A stretch of 20,767 bases of DNA from a virus: UHGV virus genome UHGV-2126844; one strand, written 5' to 3'. The notes under the pieces were generated by a model. It was not told the origin of the DNA. It was given only the letters and a program-made list of their open reading frames with translations, and ran no database searches. The position numbers were made by a program, and so were the translations under genes. Below are positions 7,301 to 16,280 of this stretch, piece by piece (positions within the stretch are counted from its first letter, which is position 1; each line of letters starts with the position of its first letter).

Positions 7301-7462
7301 ATTACCGGTTCGCTACCAGGGAAGAACGGGAAGGAAAGGTGAGCACGAATCTGATTTTCAAGGAGTGTCGCCAGAGTGCCGCGATGAAGCGGGTGTTGGC
7401 ATTTTATCGCGGCAATTTTCAATAGACTATGTACATAAAAATATCATTTTTTTAATACATGT

Positions 7463-7654
7463 CTAATTATTGGACGAAATTGGTTTTTGCTTTGGTTTAG
7501 TTAGCCTAGCAATCAAGCCAGAGGCAATAATGATGATCCAAGCAATTTGATGCAATGCTACTCCAATATAAGAACCTTTATAGATAATAAAGGCATAGAT
7601 CGCTAGAAACGAAATAAATATCCATAACGAAAGTTGATAAATTTTGGCGCGCAT
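7463..7654 (-). CDS. Small hypothetical two-helix membrane protein (63 aa from ATG; 68 aa from an upstream TTG)
   Basis: Two strongly hydrophobic segments (IYQLSLWIFISFLAIYAFIIY; IAWIIIIASGLIARL) and a Lys-rich tail. Weak RBS. Sits in AT-rich inserted DNA, divergent from the lipoprotein operon. Confidence 0.35.
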   Translation of the reverse strand: MRAKIYQLSLWIFISFLAIYAFIIYKGSYIGVALHQIAWIIIIASGLIARLTKPKQKPISSNN

Positions 7655-7910
7655 ATTTAATCCAATCAATCAGAAAGACGAGTAATCATAGAGGTACTAT
7701 CACCCGGGTAACTATTGCTATTATGAACGGATAGGATAGAGGCTTCAATAACATATGCATCAAGTATGATGGAATATGTAGGTGAAAATGACTTGTGTCA
7801 AATTTGTGGAAATGAGTACCATGTTTCTCTGAAATTGATGTCGTTAATGGCTAGTGATAGTGAACTTTTTTACTTTATAATTCCTTTGGTTATAACAATA
7901 AGGTAAATTT

Positions 7911-8471
7911 ATGAAGAAGATAATATTATTAGCCATGATTATTGGTTCTTTAACAGGTTGCGCTAGTGTGCCACCATTGAATTTTTCAACACCTAACGTG
8001 GGAGTTAGCCAGAAAAAAATAGATGCTGAAATTAAGTCATTAACGGTATCACTTGCTCGTCCAGATGAGCAGAAAGGGGATATCACTGCTGGTATGGAGG
8101 CTATAACTCCAATTTGGCGTGAATCTTTGCAGGAAGCACTCGACCGAATGACTATTTTTCGTGATAGTTCACCAAATACGGTTAGCTTAAATGTTAAAGT
8201 GTTGGCTCTTGACGTTCCTGCTTTTGGTGTTTCAATGACAACTAAAGCAATTGCAAGGTATGAAATAATCAACCGTGCGAATGGTGATATTATATATACG
8301 CAGGATATTGAGTCTACCGGTACTGTTCCAGCCAGTTACGCATTCTACGGTATTGTTCGAGCACGCGAATCTGTTAATCGCGCGGTGCAAAACAACATAA
8401 CGCAGTTCTTGCAAGCATTAGAAAGTGTTGATCTTTCTCGTCCAATGTTTCCTGTTAGGGTAGCTAAATGA
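7911..8471 (+). CDS. Hypothetical outer-membrane lipoprotein (186 aa), first gene of a coupled two-lipoprotein operon
   Basis: Signal peptide with lipobox LTGC (MKKIILLAMIIGSLTGC|ASV) and Ala at +2. RBS AAGG 7 nt before ATG. Stop overlaps the next gene's start (ATGA). Family not recognised. Confidence 0.72.
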   Translation: MKKIILLAMIIGSLTGCASVPPLNFSTPNVGVSQKKIDAEIKSLTVSLARPDEQKGDITAGMEAITPIWRESLQEALDRMTIFRDSSPNTVSLNVKVLALDVPAFGVSMTTKAIARYEIINRANGDIIYTQDIESTGTVPASYAFYGIVRARESVNRAVQNNITQFLQALESVDLSRPMFPVRVAK

Positions 8472-8920
8472 AGCGATTATTCGTAATTGCTCCACTCTTA
8501 GTGTTGGTTGGATGCGCACAAAATATATCGCCAAATAGTTATTCTGTTGGCTCTGTGGGCATGGTTAATCGAACTATCGCTGGTACAGTTATTAGTGCTA
8601 GGGGGGTTGATATCAGTGGGACTTCCGCGTTAGGCGGGACTGCTGGGGCTGCCGTGGGGGCAACCGCTGGTTCTGCGCTTGGTGGGGGAGTTCGTTCTAA
8701 TATCGTTGGTGCCGTTGGTGGTGCAGTCATTGGTGGTATTGCCGGGGCAGCAATCGAATCTTCAGCAACAAAACAAACAGGCATGGAATATGTTGTCGAA
8801 ACTGAGAATGGGAATTTAATGATCATTGTTCAAGGCAAAGATCCGTTATTTACTCAAGGAAGTAAGGTCCTTGTTTTATACGGAAACCCTTCTCGCATAA
8901 TAACAGACCCGCGTCACTAA
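8468..8920 (+). CDS. SlyB-family glycine-zipper outer-membrane lipoprotein (150 aa)
   Basis: Lipobox LVGC. Long Gly/Ala zipper (GGTAGAAVGATAGSALGGGVRSNIVGAVGGAVIGGIAGAAI) and a C-terminal beta-rich segment (GMEYVVETENGNLMIIVQGKDPLFTQGSKVLVLYGN) that aligns by eye with the E. coli SlyB architecture. Confidence 0.78.
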   Translation: MKRLFVIAPLLVLVGCAQNISPNSYSVGSVGMVNRTIAGTVISARGVDISGTSALGGTAGAAVGATAGSALGGGVRSNIVGAVGGAVIGGIAGAAIESSATKQTGMEYVVETENGNLMIIVQGKDPLFTQGSKVLVLYGNPSRIITDPRH

Positions 8921-9012
8921 CATACCTTTTGATTTTGTAAAATCAATTCGTAATAATAAAGTCATCGGAGCTTGAACAACTCCGGTGACTTCTGCGCTAA
9001 ACGGGGACGTTT

Positions 9013-9114
9013 ATGCGCACATACAATCCAAACTCTCTTCTCCCTTCACAGATGCAGAAATGCACCTGCGATTTTTTGCATCCAGCGTCTGACCTCTGCG
9101 GAGGTGAAGCGTGA
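9013..9114 (+). CDS. ylcH: DLP12-type small protein YlcH (33 aa)
   Basis: Manual translation [33 protein letters not shown]. Stop overlaps the GTG start of the next gene. Below the track cut-off. Name from recalled DLP12 gene order. Confidence 0.5.
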   Translation: MRTYNPNSLLPSQMQKCTCDFLHPASDLCGGEA

Positions 9115-9566
9115 ACCTACCACAAGATGGCATCAAACTGCATCGCGGTAACTTCACCGCTATCGGCCAGCAGATCCAGCCTTATCTGGAGGACGGAAAA
9201 TGCTTTCGCATGGTGCTTAAACCGTGGCGTGAGAAACGCAGTCTTTCCCAGAATGCACTCAGCCACATGTGGTACAGCGAAATCAGTGAATACCTCATCA
9301 GCAGGGGGAAATCGTTCGCTACCGCAGCATGGGTAAAAGATGCTCTCAAACACACATACCTCGGTTATGAAACCAAGGACCTGGTTGATGTCGTAACCGG
9401 CGAAATCACTACTATCCAGTCGTTACGCCATACCTCCGATCTTGATACCGGAGAGATGTATATCTTCCTGTGTAAGGTTGAAGCCTGGGCGGTGAATATT
9501 GGCTGCCACCTGACTATTCCGCAGAGCTGCGAGTTCCAGCAGCTCCGCGACAAACAGGAGGCGTAA
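9111..9566 (+). CDS. ybcN: YbcN-like prophage protein (151 aa, GTG start)
   Basis: Translation [55 protein letters not shown]... recognised as DLP12 YbcN. RBS GAGGTGAAG upstream. Confidence 0.78.
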   Translation: MNLPQDGIKLHRGNFTAIGQQIQPYLEDGKCFRMVLKPWREKRSLSQNALSHMWYSEISEYLISRGKSFATAAWVKDALKHTYLGYETKDLVDVVTGEITTIQSLRHTSDLDTGEMYIFLCKVEAWAVNIGCHLTIPQSCEFQQLRDKQEA

Positions 9567-9736
9567 TGGCTACACCGCTTATTCGTGTCATGAACGGACA
9601 CATCTACAGAGTACCAAATCGTCGTAAGCGTAAACCGGAGCTGAAGCCTTCCGAAATACCAACACTGCTCGGATATACCGCCAGCCTGGTTGATAAAAAA
9701 TGGTTGCGACTGGCAGCAAGGAGGAGTCATGGCTGA
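9566..9736 (+). CDS. ninE: NinE-family protein (56 aa)
   Basis: Manual translation [56 protein letters not shown]. Start overlaps the ybcN stop (TAATG). Below the track cut-off. Confidence 0.7.
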   Translation: MATPLIRVMNGHIYRVPNRRKRKPELKPSEIPTLLGYTASLVDKKWLRLAARRSHG

Positions 9737-10019
9737 TTTGAGAAAAGCAGCGCGTGGTCGGGAATGCCAGGTAAGAATCCCTGGCGTATGTAATGGCAAC
9801 CCTGAAACGTCTGTACTGGCACATATCCGGCTGACTGGATTGTGCGGCACCGGTACGAAACCGCCAGACCTGATTGCCACCATTGCATGTTCTGCCTGCC
9901 ACGACGAAATCGACCGCCGCACACATTTTGTCGATGCTGCATATGCAAAAGAATGCGCGCTGGAAGGTATGGCGAGAACACAGGTTATCTGGCTGAAAGA
10001 GGGGGTTATTAAGGCGTGA
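9729..10019 (+). CDS. ybcO: YbcO-like prophage protein with a Cys-rich motif (96 aa)
   Basis: From the internal ATG at 9729 (RBS GGAGGAG): [64 protein letters not shown]... Recognised as DLP12 YbcO. Confidence 0.78.
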   Translation: MADLRKAARGRECQVRIPGVCNGNPETSVLAHIRLTGLCGTGTKPPDLIATIACSACHDEIDRRTHFVDAAYAKECALEGMARTQVIWLKEGVIKA

Positions 10020-10378
10020 ATACCTACAGCATCACATTACCCTGGCCTCCGAGCAATAATCGCTATTACCGCCATAATCGCGGGCGCACACACATCAGCG
10101 CAGAAGGGCAGGCATACCGCGATAACGTCACCCGAATCATTAAAAACGCAATGCTGGATATCGGCCTGGCTATGCCAGTGAAAATCCGTATTGAGTGCCA
10201 CATGCCGGATCGCCGTCGCCGTGACCTGGATAATCTGCAAAAAGCCGCTTTTGACGCACTCACCAAAGCAGGTTTCTGGCTGGATGATGCTCAGGTCGTT
10301 GATTACCGCGTTGTGAAGATGCCTGTTACCAAAGGTGGGAGGCTGGAACTGACCATCACCGAAATGGGGAATGAATGA
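10016..10378 (+). CDS. rusA: Holliday-junction resolvase RusA (120 aa)
   Basis: Translation [97 protein letters not shown]... matches RusA as recalled. Confidence 0.95.
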   Translation: MNTYSITLPWPPSNNRYYRHNRGRTHISAEGQAYRDNVTRIIKNAMLDIGLAMPVKIRIECHMPDRRRRDLDNLQKAAFDALTKAGFWLDDAQVVDYRVVKMPVTKGGRLELTITEMGNE

Positions 10379-10515
10379 TGTTTGAGTTTAATATGGCAGA
10401 ACTTCTTCGCCACCGCTGGATGCGCCTGCGCTTATATCGTTTCCCCAGTTCTGTTTTGACCGATTACCGAATACTGAGGAATTACGCCAAAACCCTGACA
10501 GGAGCAGGAGTATGA
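10378..10515 (+). CDS. ylcG: YlcG-like small protein (45 aa)
   Basis: Manual translation [45 protein letters not shown]. Start overlaps the rusA stop (TGATG). Confidence 0.55.
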   Translation: MFEFNMAELLRHRWMRLRLYRFPSSVLTDYRILRNYAKTLTGAGV

Positions 10516-10600
10516 AGTCAGAGATAACAATCAACTAATACTGTTTTATTGATTTTTGCTTGTAATTGGCGTTCTGGTCTGATTTTTGTGGAGTAAGTTG

Positions 10601-10984
10601 ATGCGTGATATTCAGATGGTTCTTGAGCGTTGGGGAGCGTGGGCGGCTAATAATCATGAAGATGTGACCTGGTCGTCCATTGCCGCCGGTTTTAAGGGAT
10701 TAATTACTTCAAAAGTAAAATCTCGCCCGCAATGTTGTGACGATGACGCGATGATCATTTGCGGGTGCATGGCCCGTCTGAAAAAGAACAACAGCGATTT
10801 GCACGATTTATTAGTAGATTATTATGTAGTCGGTATGACATTCATGTCACTGGCAGGTAAGCATTGCTGCTCTGATGGTTATATCGGGAAAAGGTTACAG
10901 AAGGCTGAGGGTATAATTGAAGGGATGTTAATGGCATTAGATATCCGGTTAGAGATGGATATCGTTGTTAATAACTCTAATTAA
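10601..10984 (+). CDS. quuD: Q-family late-gene antiterminator (QuuD / phage 82 type), 127 aa
   Basis: From ATG at 10601 (RBS GGAG): [60 protein letters not shown]..., with the Cys-rich zinc motif typical of Q proteins. The track's longer version starts at an upstream TTG. Confidence 0.85.
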   Translation: MRDIQMVLERWGAWAANNHEDVTWSSIAAGFKGLITSKVKSRPQCCDDDAMIICGCMARLKKNNSDLHDLLVDYYVVGMTFMSLAGKHCCSDGYIGKRLQKAEGIIEGMLMALDIRLEMDIVVNNSN

Positions 10985-11000
10985 TATGCCAATTGTTTAC

Positions 11001-11037
11001 TAAAAATTATTAAAAATGGGGCGTTGAGACGCCCCCA
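11001..11037 (-). terminator. Rho-independent terminator on the minus strand downstream of nmpC (stem ggggcg/cgcccc, loop tctcaa, then AUUUUUAAUAAUUUUU)
   Basis: Read directly: plus taaaaattattaaaaatggggcgttgagacgcccc. Confidence 0.5.
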
Positions 11038-11172
11038 AAAATAAAGGGTAATATATAACAGAAGGTTTATATAGTTAGAAGCAAGGTTGTGCTCCTAAAG
11101 GAAGTGGCTTGAGGGAGCCACTTATATGTTGGGGAGGCAAAGCCTCCCGCAACATATCTTTTAGTAATCAAA

Positions 11173-12255
11173 TTAGAACTGGTAAACCATACCTACAGCA
11201 ACGATATCATCGGTAGCAACGCCAGATGCTTTCGTGAAATCGCTCTTATCAATCAGGTTGATTTTGTAATCAACAAAAGTGGACATATTTTTGTTGAAGT
11301 AATAGGTTGCACCTACATCAATATATTCAACCAGGTCCTGATCACCCCACGCACCCAAGTCTTTTCCTTTAGATTGCAGGTAAGCAACGGACGGACGCAG
11401 ACCGAAGTCGAACTGATATTGTGCAACTACTTCGAAGTTTTGTGCTTTGTTGGCAATATGGTTATTACCAAAAACAGTCATGTTCTGGGTTTCAGAATAG
11501 GTGGTAGCCAGATAGATGTTGTTCGCATCATATTTCAGACCAGCTGCCCATACTTCAGCATTTTGACCAGATGCATTCAGGCTGTTGTTACCGTAGATAA
11601 CCTGATTATTAGTGCGGTCAGATTTAGCATAGGTTGCACCTACACCGAATCCTTCATACTCATAAGTAGTGGAGAAACCGAAACCATCACCATTAGCTTC
11701 AGTTACGTCAGTGCGGTCATTTTTACCCTGATACTGAGCAGCAAAGTTCAGACCATCAACCAGACCAAAGAAGTCATTGTTACGATAAGTTGCAACACCT
11801 GTGGTGCGACCAGTCATGAATACATCTGTTTGGGTCCAGGTATCGCCACCGAATTCTGGCAGAACGTCGGTCCATGCACCAATATCGTATGCTACACCGT
11901 AGTTACGGCCATAATCGATGGAGCCGTAGTCACCGAATTTCAGGCCAGCGAAGGCAAGACGGGTTTTATCTTTGGAGGAACCTTGAGATTCAGCGCGGTT
12001 GCCTTTGAATTCATATTCCCACTGACCGAAACCAGTCAGTTGATCGTTGATTTGGGTTTCACCTTTGAAGCCAAGACGGGCATAAGTAGTATCACCATCA
12101 TCTGCATCATTAGAGGAGAAGTAGTGCTTAGCATTAACTTTCCCGTACAGATCCAGCTTGTTACTGTCTTTATTATAAATTTCAGCTGCCTGAGCAGACA
12201 TCGCCATCAGTACTGATGCAGCTACAGCAGAAATTGCCACTGTTAATTTTTTCAT
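11173..12255 (-). CDS. nmpC: OmpC/OmpF-family general porin NmpC, apparently intact (360 aa precursor)
   Basis: Start taken at [23 protein letters not shown] (signal peptide); ends ...VAVGMVYQF with the C-terminal Phe typical of porins. Uninterrupted frame. Lies opposite in orientation between Q and the lysis genes. Confidence 0.9.
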   Translation of the reverse strand: MKKLTVAISAVAASVLMAMSAQAAEIYNKDSNKLDLYGKVNAKHYFSSNDADDGDTTYARLGFKGETQINDQLTGFGQWEYEFKGNRAESQGSSKDKTRLAFAGLKFGDYGSIDYGRNYGVAYDIGAWTDVLPEFGGDTWTQTDVFMTGRTTGVATYRNNDFFGLVDGLNFAAQYQGKNDRTDVTEANGDGFGFSTTYEYEGFGVGATYAKSDRTNNQVIYGNNSLNASGQNAEVWAAGLKYDANNIYLATTYSETQNMTVFGNNHIANKAQNFEVVAQYQFDFGLRPSVAYLQSKGKDLGAWGDQDLVEYIDVGATYYFNKNMSTFVDYKINLIDKSDFTKASGVATDDIVAVGMVYQF

Positions 12256-12681
12256 CGTGAGCCCTTTTTTTGAACTATTATTAAAAAATGATGTCACTGC
12301 GCGATAAATATTCATCTAATCAATGTGATTATTTCAAGATGTAAGTTTTGGTTTCTCATTTGATTTGTGAAGTAGATCTCTATTTTTATCTGAACTTTTT
12401 CTATCGAATCCTATTCATGGCTCTTGGCTGAATAAAAATAAATCTATTAGCCAATTTATATTAATGGCTGTTATTTATAAGTGCTCTATAATTTGAAGAT
12501 TCAATTTAAACCAGCTAAAAATAACGCTGGAAATTATTTGTTGGTTATTTGTTGAGATTTGCTTATGTATTTGTAGTGGTGTTTTCAATACTCGGTAGCA
12601 TTCTCGCAAATATCATTTAGTGGTTTACGTACGTAAAAAATTGGTTATGCTGTTAAGAGTGGTTACTTCGTCACACAGCTT

Positions 12682-12716
12682 AAACCCGCCGTCGAGCGGG
12701 TTTTTCCATTTTTTGA
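12682..12716 (+). terminator. Rho-independent terminator on the plus strand (stem aaacccgc/gcgggttt, then UUCCAUUUUUU) upstream of the holin gene; candidate tR'-like terminator of a short late leader transcript
   Basis: Read directly: aaacccgccgtcgagcgggtttttccattttttgag. A promoter-like TTTACG-16 nt-TATGCT lies about 60 nt upstream. The tR' assignment is inference from lambdoid late-operon architecture. Confidence 0.45.
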
Positions 12717-12842
12717 GTCTCGATATTAGCTGATAACCCAATACCTGAGTTATTCACTGACTCCGAGTCTGTTACGTTTCTGCTTTTTTGCGATACGTTG
12801 TATTCCCTCAATTTACACCCGCTTTGTCTGCGAGGTGGGGTT

Positions 12843-13058
12843 ATGAAATCCATGGATAAGTTAACAACGGGTGTCGCCTATGGCACCTCAGCAGGTAGTG
12901 CCGGTTACTGGTTTTTACAGCTGCTCGATAAAGTCACGCCCTCACAGTGGGCAGCAATAGGTGTGCTGGGTAGCCTGGTATTTGGCCTGCTGACGTACCT
13001 GACAAACCTTTATTTCAAGATTAAAGAAGATAAGCGCAAGGCTGCGAGAGGTGAATAA
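12843..13058 (+). CDS. essD: Class II holin (EssD / S21-like), 71 aa
   Basis: From ATG at 12843: [71 protein letters not shown]; two TM segments and a charged C-terminus. Confidence 0.85.
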
Positions 13059-13555
13059 TGCCTCCATCATTACGAAAAGCCGTTGCTGCTGCTATTGGTG
13101 GCGGAGCAATTGCTATAGCATCAGTGTTAATTACTGGCCCAAGTGGTAACGATGGTCTGGAAGGTGTCAGCTACGTACCATACAAAGATATCGTTGGCGT
13201 ATGGACTGTATGTCACGGACACACCGGAAAAGACATCATGCTCGGTAAAACGTATACCAAAGCAGAATGCAAAGCACTCTTGAATAAAGACCTTGCCACT
13301 GTCGCCAGACAAATTAACCCGTACATCAAAGTCGATATACCGGAAACAACGCGCGGCGCTCTTTACTCATTCGTTTACAACGTGGGTGCTGGCAATTTCA
13401 GAACATCGACGCTTCTTCGCAAAATAAACCAGGGCGATATCAAAGGCGCATGTGATCAGCTACGTCGCTGGACATATGCTGGCGGTAAGCAATGGAAAGG
13501 TCTCATGACTCGTCGTGAGATTGAGCGTGAAATCTGTTTGTGGGGTCAGCAATGA
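13058..13555 (+). CDS. rrrD: Phage lysozyme / endolysin (RrrD-like), 165 aa
   Basis: Start overlaps the holin stop (TAATG). Translation [59 protein letters not shown]... recognised as the DLP12-type lysozyme. Confidence 0.9.
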   Translation: MPPSLRKAVAAAIGGGAIAIASVLITGPSGNDGLEGVSYVPYKDIVGVWTVCHGHTGKDIMLGKTYTKAECKALLNKDLATVARQINPYIKVDIPETTRGALYSFVYNVGAGNFRTSTLLRKINQGDIKGACDQLRRWTYAGGKQWKGLMTRREIEREICLWGQQ

Positions 13556-14013
13556 ACAGAGTAACCGCGATTATCTCCGCTCTGGTTATCTGCATCATCG
13601 TCTACCTGTCATGGGCTGTTAATCATTACCGTGATAACGCCATTACCTACAAAGCCCAGCGCGACAAAAATGCCAGAGAACTGAAGCTGGCGAACGCGGC
13701 AATTACTGACATGCAGATGCGTCAGCGTGATGTTGATGCGCTCGATGCAAAATACACGAAGGAGTTAGCTGATGCGAAAGCTGAAAATGATGCTCTGCGT
13801 GATGATGTTGCCGCTGGTCGTCGTCGGTTGCACATCAAAGCAGTCTGTCAGTCAGTGCGTGAAGCCACCACCGCCTCCGGCGTGGATAATGCAGCCTCCC
13901 CCCGACTGGCAGACACCGCTGAACGGGATTATTTCACCCTCAGAGAGAGGCTGATCACTATGCAAAAACAACTGGAAGGAACCCAGAAGTATATTAATGA
14001 GCAGTGCAGATAG
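13552..14013 (+). CDS. rzpD: Inner-membrane spanin Rz (RzpD), 153 aa
   Basis: From ATG at 13552 overlapping the endolysin stop: [60 protein letters not shown]...; N-terminal TM anchor and coiled-coil region. Confidence 0.85.
   Translation: MNRVTAIISALVICIIVYLSWAVNHYRDNAITYKAQRDKNARELKLANAAITDMQMRQRDVDALDAKYTKELADAKAENDALRDDVAAGRRRLHIKAVCQSVREATTASGVDNAASPRLADTAERDYFTLRERLITMQKQLEGTQKYINEQCR
13772..13954 (+). CDS. rzoD: Outer-membrane lipoprotein spanin Rz1 (RzoD), 60 aa, embedded in the +1 frame of Rz
   Basis: [24 protein letters not shown]... with a lipobox and a proline-rich tail ([18 protein letters not shown]); classic embedded Rz1 arrangement. Confidence 0.8.
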   Translation: MRKLKMMLCVMMLPLVVVGCTSKQSVSQCVKPPPPPAWIMQPPPDWQTPLNGIISPSERG

Positions 14014-14044
14014 AGTTGCCCATATCGATGGGCAACTCATGCAA

Positions 14045-14338
14045 TTATTGTGAGCAATACACACGCGCTTCCAGCGGAGTATAAATGCCTAAAGTAATAA
14101 AACCGAGCAATCCATTTACGAATGTTTGCTGGGTTTCTGTTTTAACAACATTTTCTGCGCCGCCACAAATTTTGGCTGCATCGACAGTTTTCTTCTGCCC
14201 AATTCCAGAAACGAAGAAATGATGGGTGATGGTTTCCTTTGGTGCTACTGCTGCCGGTTTGTTTTGAACAGTAAACGTCTGTTGAGCACATCCTGTAATA
14301 AGCAGGGCCAGCGCAGTAGCGAGTAGCATTTTTTTCAT
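14045..14338 (-). CDS. borD: Bor lipoprotein (serum-resistance family), 97 aa
   Basis: MKKMLLATALALLITGCAQQTFTVQNKPAAVAPKETITHHFFVSGIGQKKTVDAAKICGGAENVVKTETQQTFVNGLLGFITLGIYTPLEARVYCSQ matches lambda Bor as recalled. Confidence 0.9.
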   Translation of the reverse strand: MKKMLLATALALLITGCAQQTFTVQNKPAAVAPKETITHHFFVSGIGQKKTVDAAKICGGAENVVKTETQQTFVNGLLGFITLGIYTPLEARVYCSQ

Positions 14339-14628
14339 GGTGTTATTCCCGATGCTTTTTGAAGTTCGCAGAATCGTATGTGTAGAAAATTAAACAAACC
14401 CTAAACAATGAGTTGAAATTTCATATTGTTAATATTTATTAATGTATGTCAGGTGCGATGAATCGTCATTGTATTCCCGGATTAACTATGTCCACAGCCC
14501 TGACGGGGAACTTCTCTGCGGGAGTGTCCGGGAATAATTAAAAACGATGCACACAGGGTTTAGCGCGTACACGTATTGCATTATGCCAACGCCCCGGTGC
14601 TGACACGGAAGAAACCGGACGTTATGAT

Positions 14629-15042
14629 TTAGCGTGGAAAGATTTGTGTAGTGTTCTGAATGCTCTCAGTAAATAGTAATGAATTATCAAAGGTATAGTA
14701 ATATCTTTTATGTTCATGGATATTTGTAACCCATCGGAAAACTCCTGCTTTAGCAAGATTTTCCCTGTATTGCTGAAATGTGATTTCTCTTGATTTCAAC
14801 CTATCATAGGACGTTTCTATAAGATGCGTGTTTCTTGAGAATTTAACATTTACAACCTTTTTAAGTCCTTTTATTAACACGGTATTATCGTTTTCTAACA
14901 CGATGTGAATATTATCTGTGGCTAGATAGTAAATATAATGTGAGACGTTGTGACGTTTTAGTTCAGAATAAAACAATTCACAGTTTAAATCTTTTCGCAC
15001 TTGATCGAATATTTCTTTAAAAATGGCAACCTGAGCCATTGG
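14629..15042 (-). CDS. ybcV: YbcV-like protein of the lambda right-end region (136 aa from the RBS-supported ATG)
   Basis: Start chosen at [18 protein letters not shown]... with RBS GGAAGG upstream. The track's 177-aa version begins at an upstream GTG with no RBS. The surrounding DNA matches the lambda right end between bor and cos as recalled. Confidence 0.65.
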   Translation of the reverse strand, partial: PMAQVAIFKEIFDQVRKDLNCELFYSELKRHNVSHYIYYLATDNIHIVLENDNTVLIKGLKKVVNVKFSRNTHLIETSYDRLKSREITFQQYRENLAKAGVFRWVTNIHEHKRYYYTFDNSLLFTESIQNTTQIFPR

Positions 15043-15324
15043 TAAAACCTTCCATGTGATACGAGGGCGCGTAGTTTGCATTATCGTTTTTATCGTTTCA
15101 ATCTGGTCTGACCTCTTTGTGTTTTGTTGATGATTTATGTCAAATATTAGGAATGTTTTCACTTAATAGTATTGGTTGCGTAACAAAGTGCGGTCCTGCT
15201 GGCATTCTGGAGGGAAATACAACCGACAGATGTATGTAAGGCCAACGTGCTCAAATCTTCATACAGAAAGATTTGAAGTAATATTTTAACCGCTAGATGA
15301 AGAGCAAGCGCATGGAGCGACAAA

Positions 15325-15531
15325 ATGAATAAAGAACAATCTGCTGATGATCCCTCCGTGGATCTGATTCGTGTAAAAAATATGCTTAATAGCACCATTT
15401 CTATGAGTTACCCTGATGTTGTAATTGCATGTATAGAACATAAGGTGTCTCTGGAAGCATTCAGAGCAATTGAGGCAGCGTTGGTGAAGCACGATAATAA
15501 TATGAAGGATTATTCCCTGGTGGTTGACTGA
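15325..15531 (+). CDS. ybcW: YbcW-like small protein (68 aa)
   Basis: [68 protein letters not shown]; recognised from the DLP12 / lambda right-end region. Confidence 0.7.
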
Positions 15532-15695
15532 TCACCATAACTGCTAATCATTCAAACTATTTAGCCTGTGACAGAGCCAACACGCAGTCTGTCACTGTCA
15601 GGAAAGTGGTAAAACTGCAACTCAATTACTGCAATGCCCTCGTAATTAAGTGAATTTACAATATCGTCCTGTTCGGAGGGAAGAACGCGGGATGT

Positions 15696-15890
15696 TCATT
15701 CTTCATCACTTTTAATTGATGTATATGCTCTCTTTTCTGACGTTAGTCTCCGACGGCAGGCTTCAATGACCCAGGCTGAGAAATTCCCGGACCCTTTTTG
15801 CTCAAGAGCGATGTTAATTTGTTCAATCATTTGGTTAGGAAAGCGGATGTTGCGGGTTGTTGTTCTGCGGGTTCTGTTCTTCGTTGACAT
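15696..15890 (-). CDS. ylcI: YlcI-like ribbon-helix-helix-type small protein (64 aa)
   Basis: MSTKNRTRRTTTRNIRFPNQMIEQINIALEQKGSGNFSAWVIEACRRRLTSEKRAYTSIKSDEE; basic N-terminus then a strand-helix-helix pattern. Sits just upstream of cos. Confidence 0.65.
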   Translation of the reverse strand: MSTKNRTRRTTTRNIRFPNQMIEQINIALEQKGSGNFSAWVIEACRRRLTSEKRAYTSIKSDEE

Positions 15891-16039
15891 GAGGTTGCCC
15901 CGTATTCAGTGTCGCTGATTTGTATTGTCTGAAGTTGTTTTTACGTTAAGTTGATGCAGATCAATTAATACGATACCTGCGTCATAATTGATTATTTGAC
16001 GTGGTTTGATGGCGTAGATGCACGTTGTGACATGTAGAT

Positions 16040-16280
16040 GATAATTATTATCATTTTGCGGGTCCTTTCCGGCGATCCGACAGGTTACGGGGCGGCGACC
16101 TCGCGGGTTTTCGCTATTTATGAAAATTTTCCGGTTTAAGGCGTTTCCGTTCTTCTTCGTCATAACTTAATGTTTTTATTTAAAATACCCTCTGAAAAGA
16201 AAGGAAGCGACAGGTGCTGAAAGCGAGCTTTTTGGCCTCTGTCGTTTCCTTTCTCTGTTTTTGTCCGTGGAATGAACAAT
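16040..16280. other. cos: Lambda-type cos site: cosN 12-nt cohesive end GGGCGGCGACCT at 16090-16101, flanked by cosQ-side sequence (...caggttacg) and the cosB region up to the Nu1 start
   Basis: The sequence ...gatccgacaggttacg|gggcggcgacct|cgcgggttttcgctatttatgaaaattttccggtttaaggcgtttccgttcttcttcgtcataacttaatg... matches the joined lambda right and left ends as recalled. Confidence 0.88.

Noticed and set aside
7174-7422. 82-aa minus-strand track ORF spanning the bet junction
   Set aside because: It starts at a TTG with no RBS and runs out of frame across the bet remnant; it is an artefact of the deletion junction.
7766-7915. 49-aa plus-strand ORF (MMEYVGENDLCQICGNEYH...) in the lipoprotein operon leader
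   Set aside because: No RBS, and it overlaps the start of the 186-aa lipoprotein gene in another frame; most likely leader or promoter DNA. Kept only as a remote possibility.
7844-8826. Minus-strand ORFs 7844-8272, 8232-8414 and 8539-8826 within the lipoprotein genes
   Set aside because: Antisense to genes with clear lipoboxes and coupling. The 8539-8826 frame is the Pro/Ala-rich complement of the glycine-zipper region.
9117-10266. Multiple antisense or alternative-frame ORFs across ybcN-ybcO-rusA (9117-9353, 9127-9336, 9365-9922, 9588-9926, 9727-9981, 10037-10240, 10066-10266)
   Set aside because: They overlap a tightly coupled, recognisable plus-strand gene block; the translations are Cys/Arg/Trp-rich and unsupported.
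11374-12216. 280-aa plus-strand ORF inside nmpC
   Set aside because: Antisense to a full-length porin gene that has a signal peptide and the C-terminal Phe.
13127-14064. Minus-strand ORFs 13127-13312 and 13852-14064 inside the lysis genes
   Set aside because: Antisense to endolysin and spanin genes (rzoD at 13772-13954 on the plus strand was kept as real).
15159-16163. Minus-strand ORFs 15159-15398, 15286-15492 and 15906-16163
   Set aside because: The first two overlap ybcW on the opposite strand; the third lies across the cosQ/cosN region, which is non-coding in lambda.
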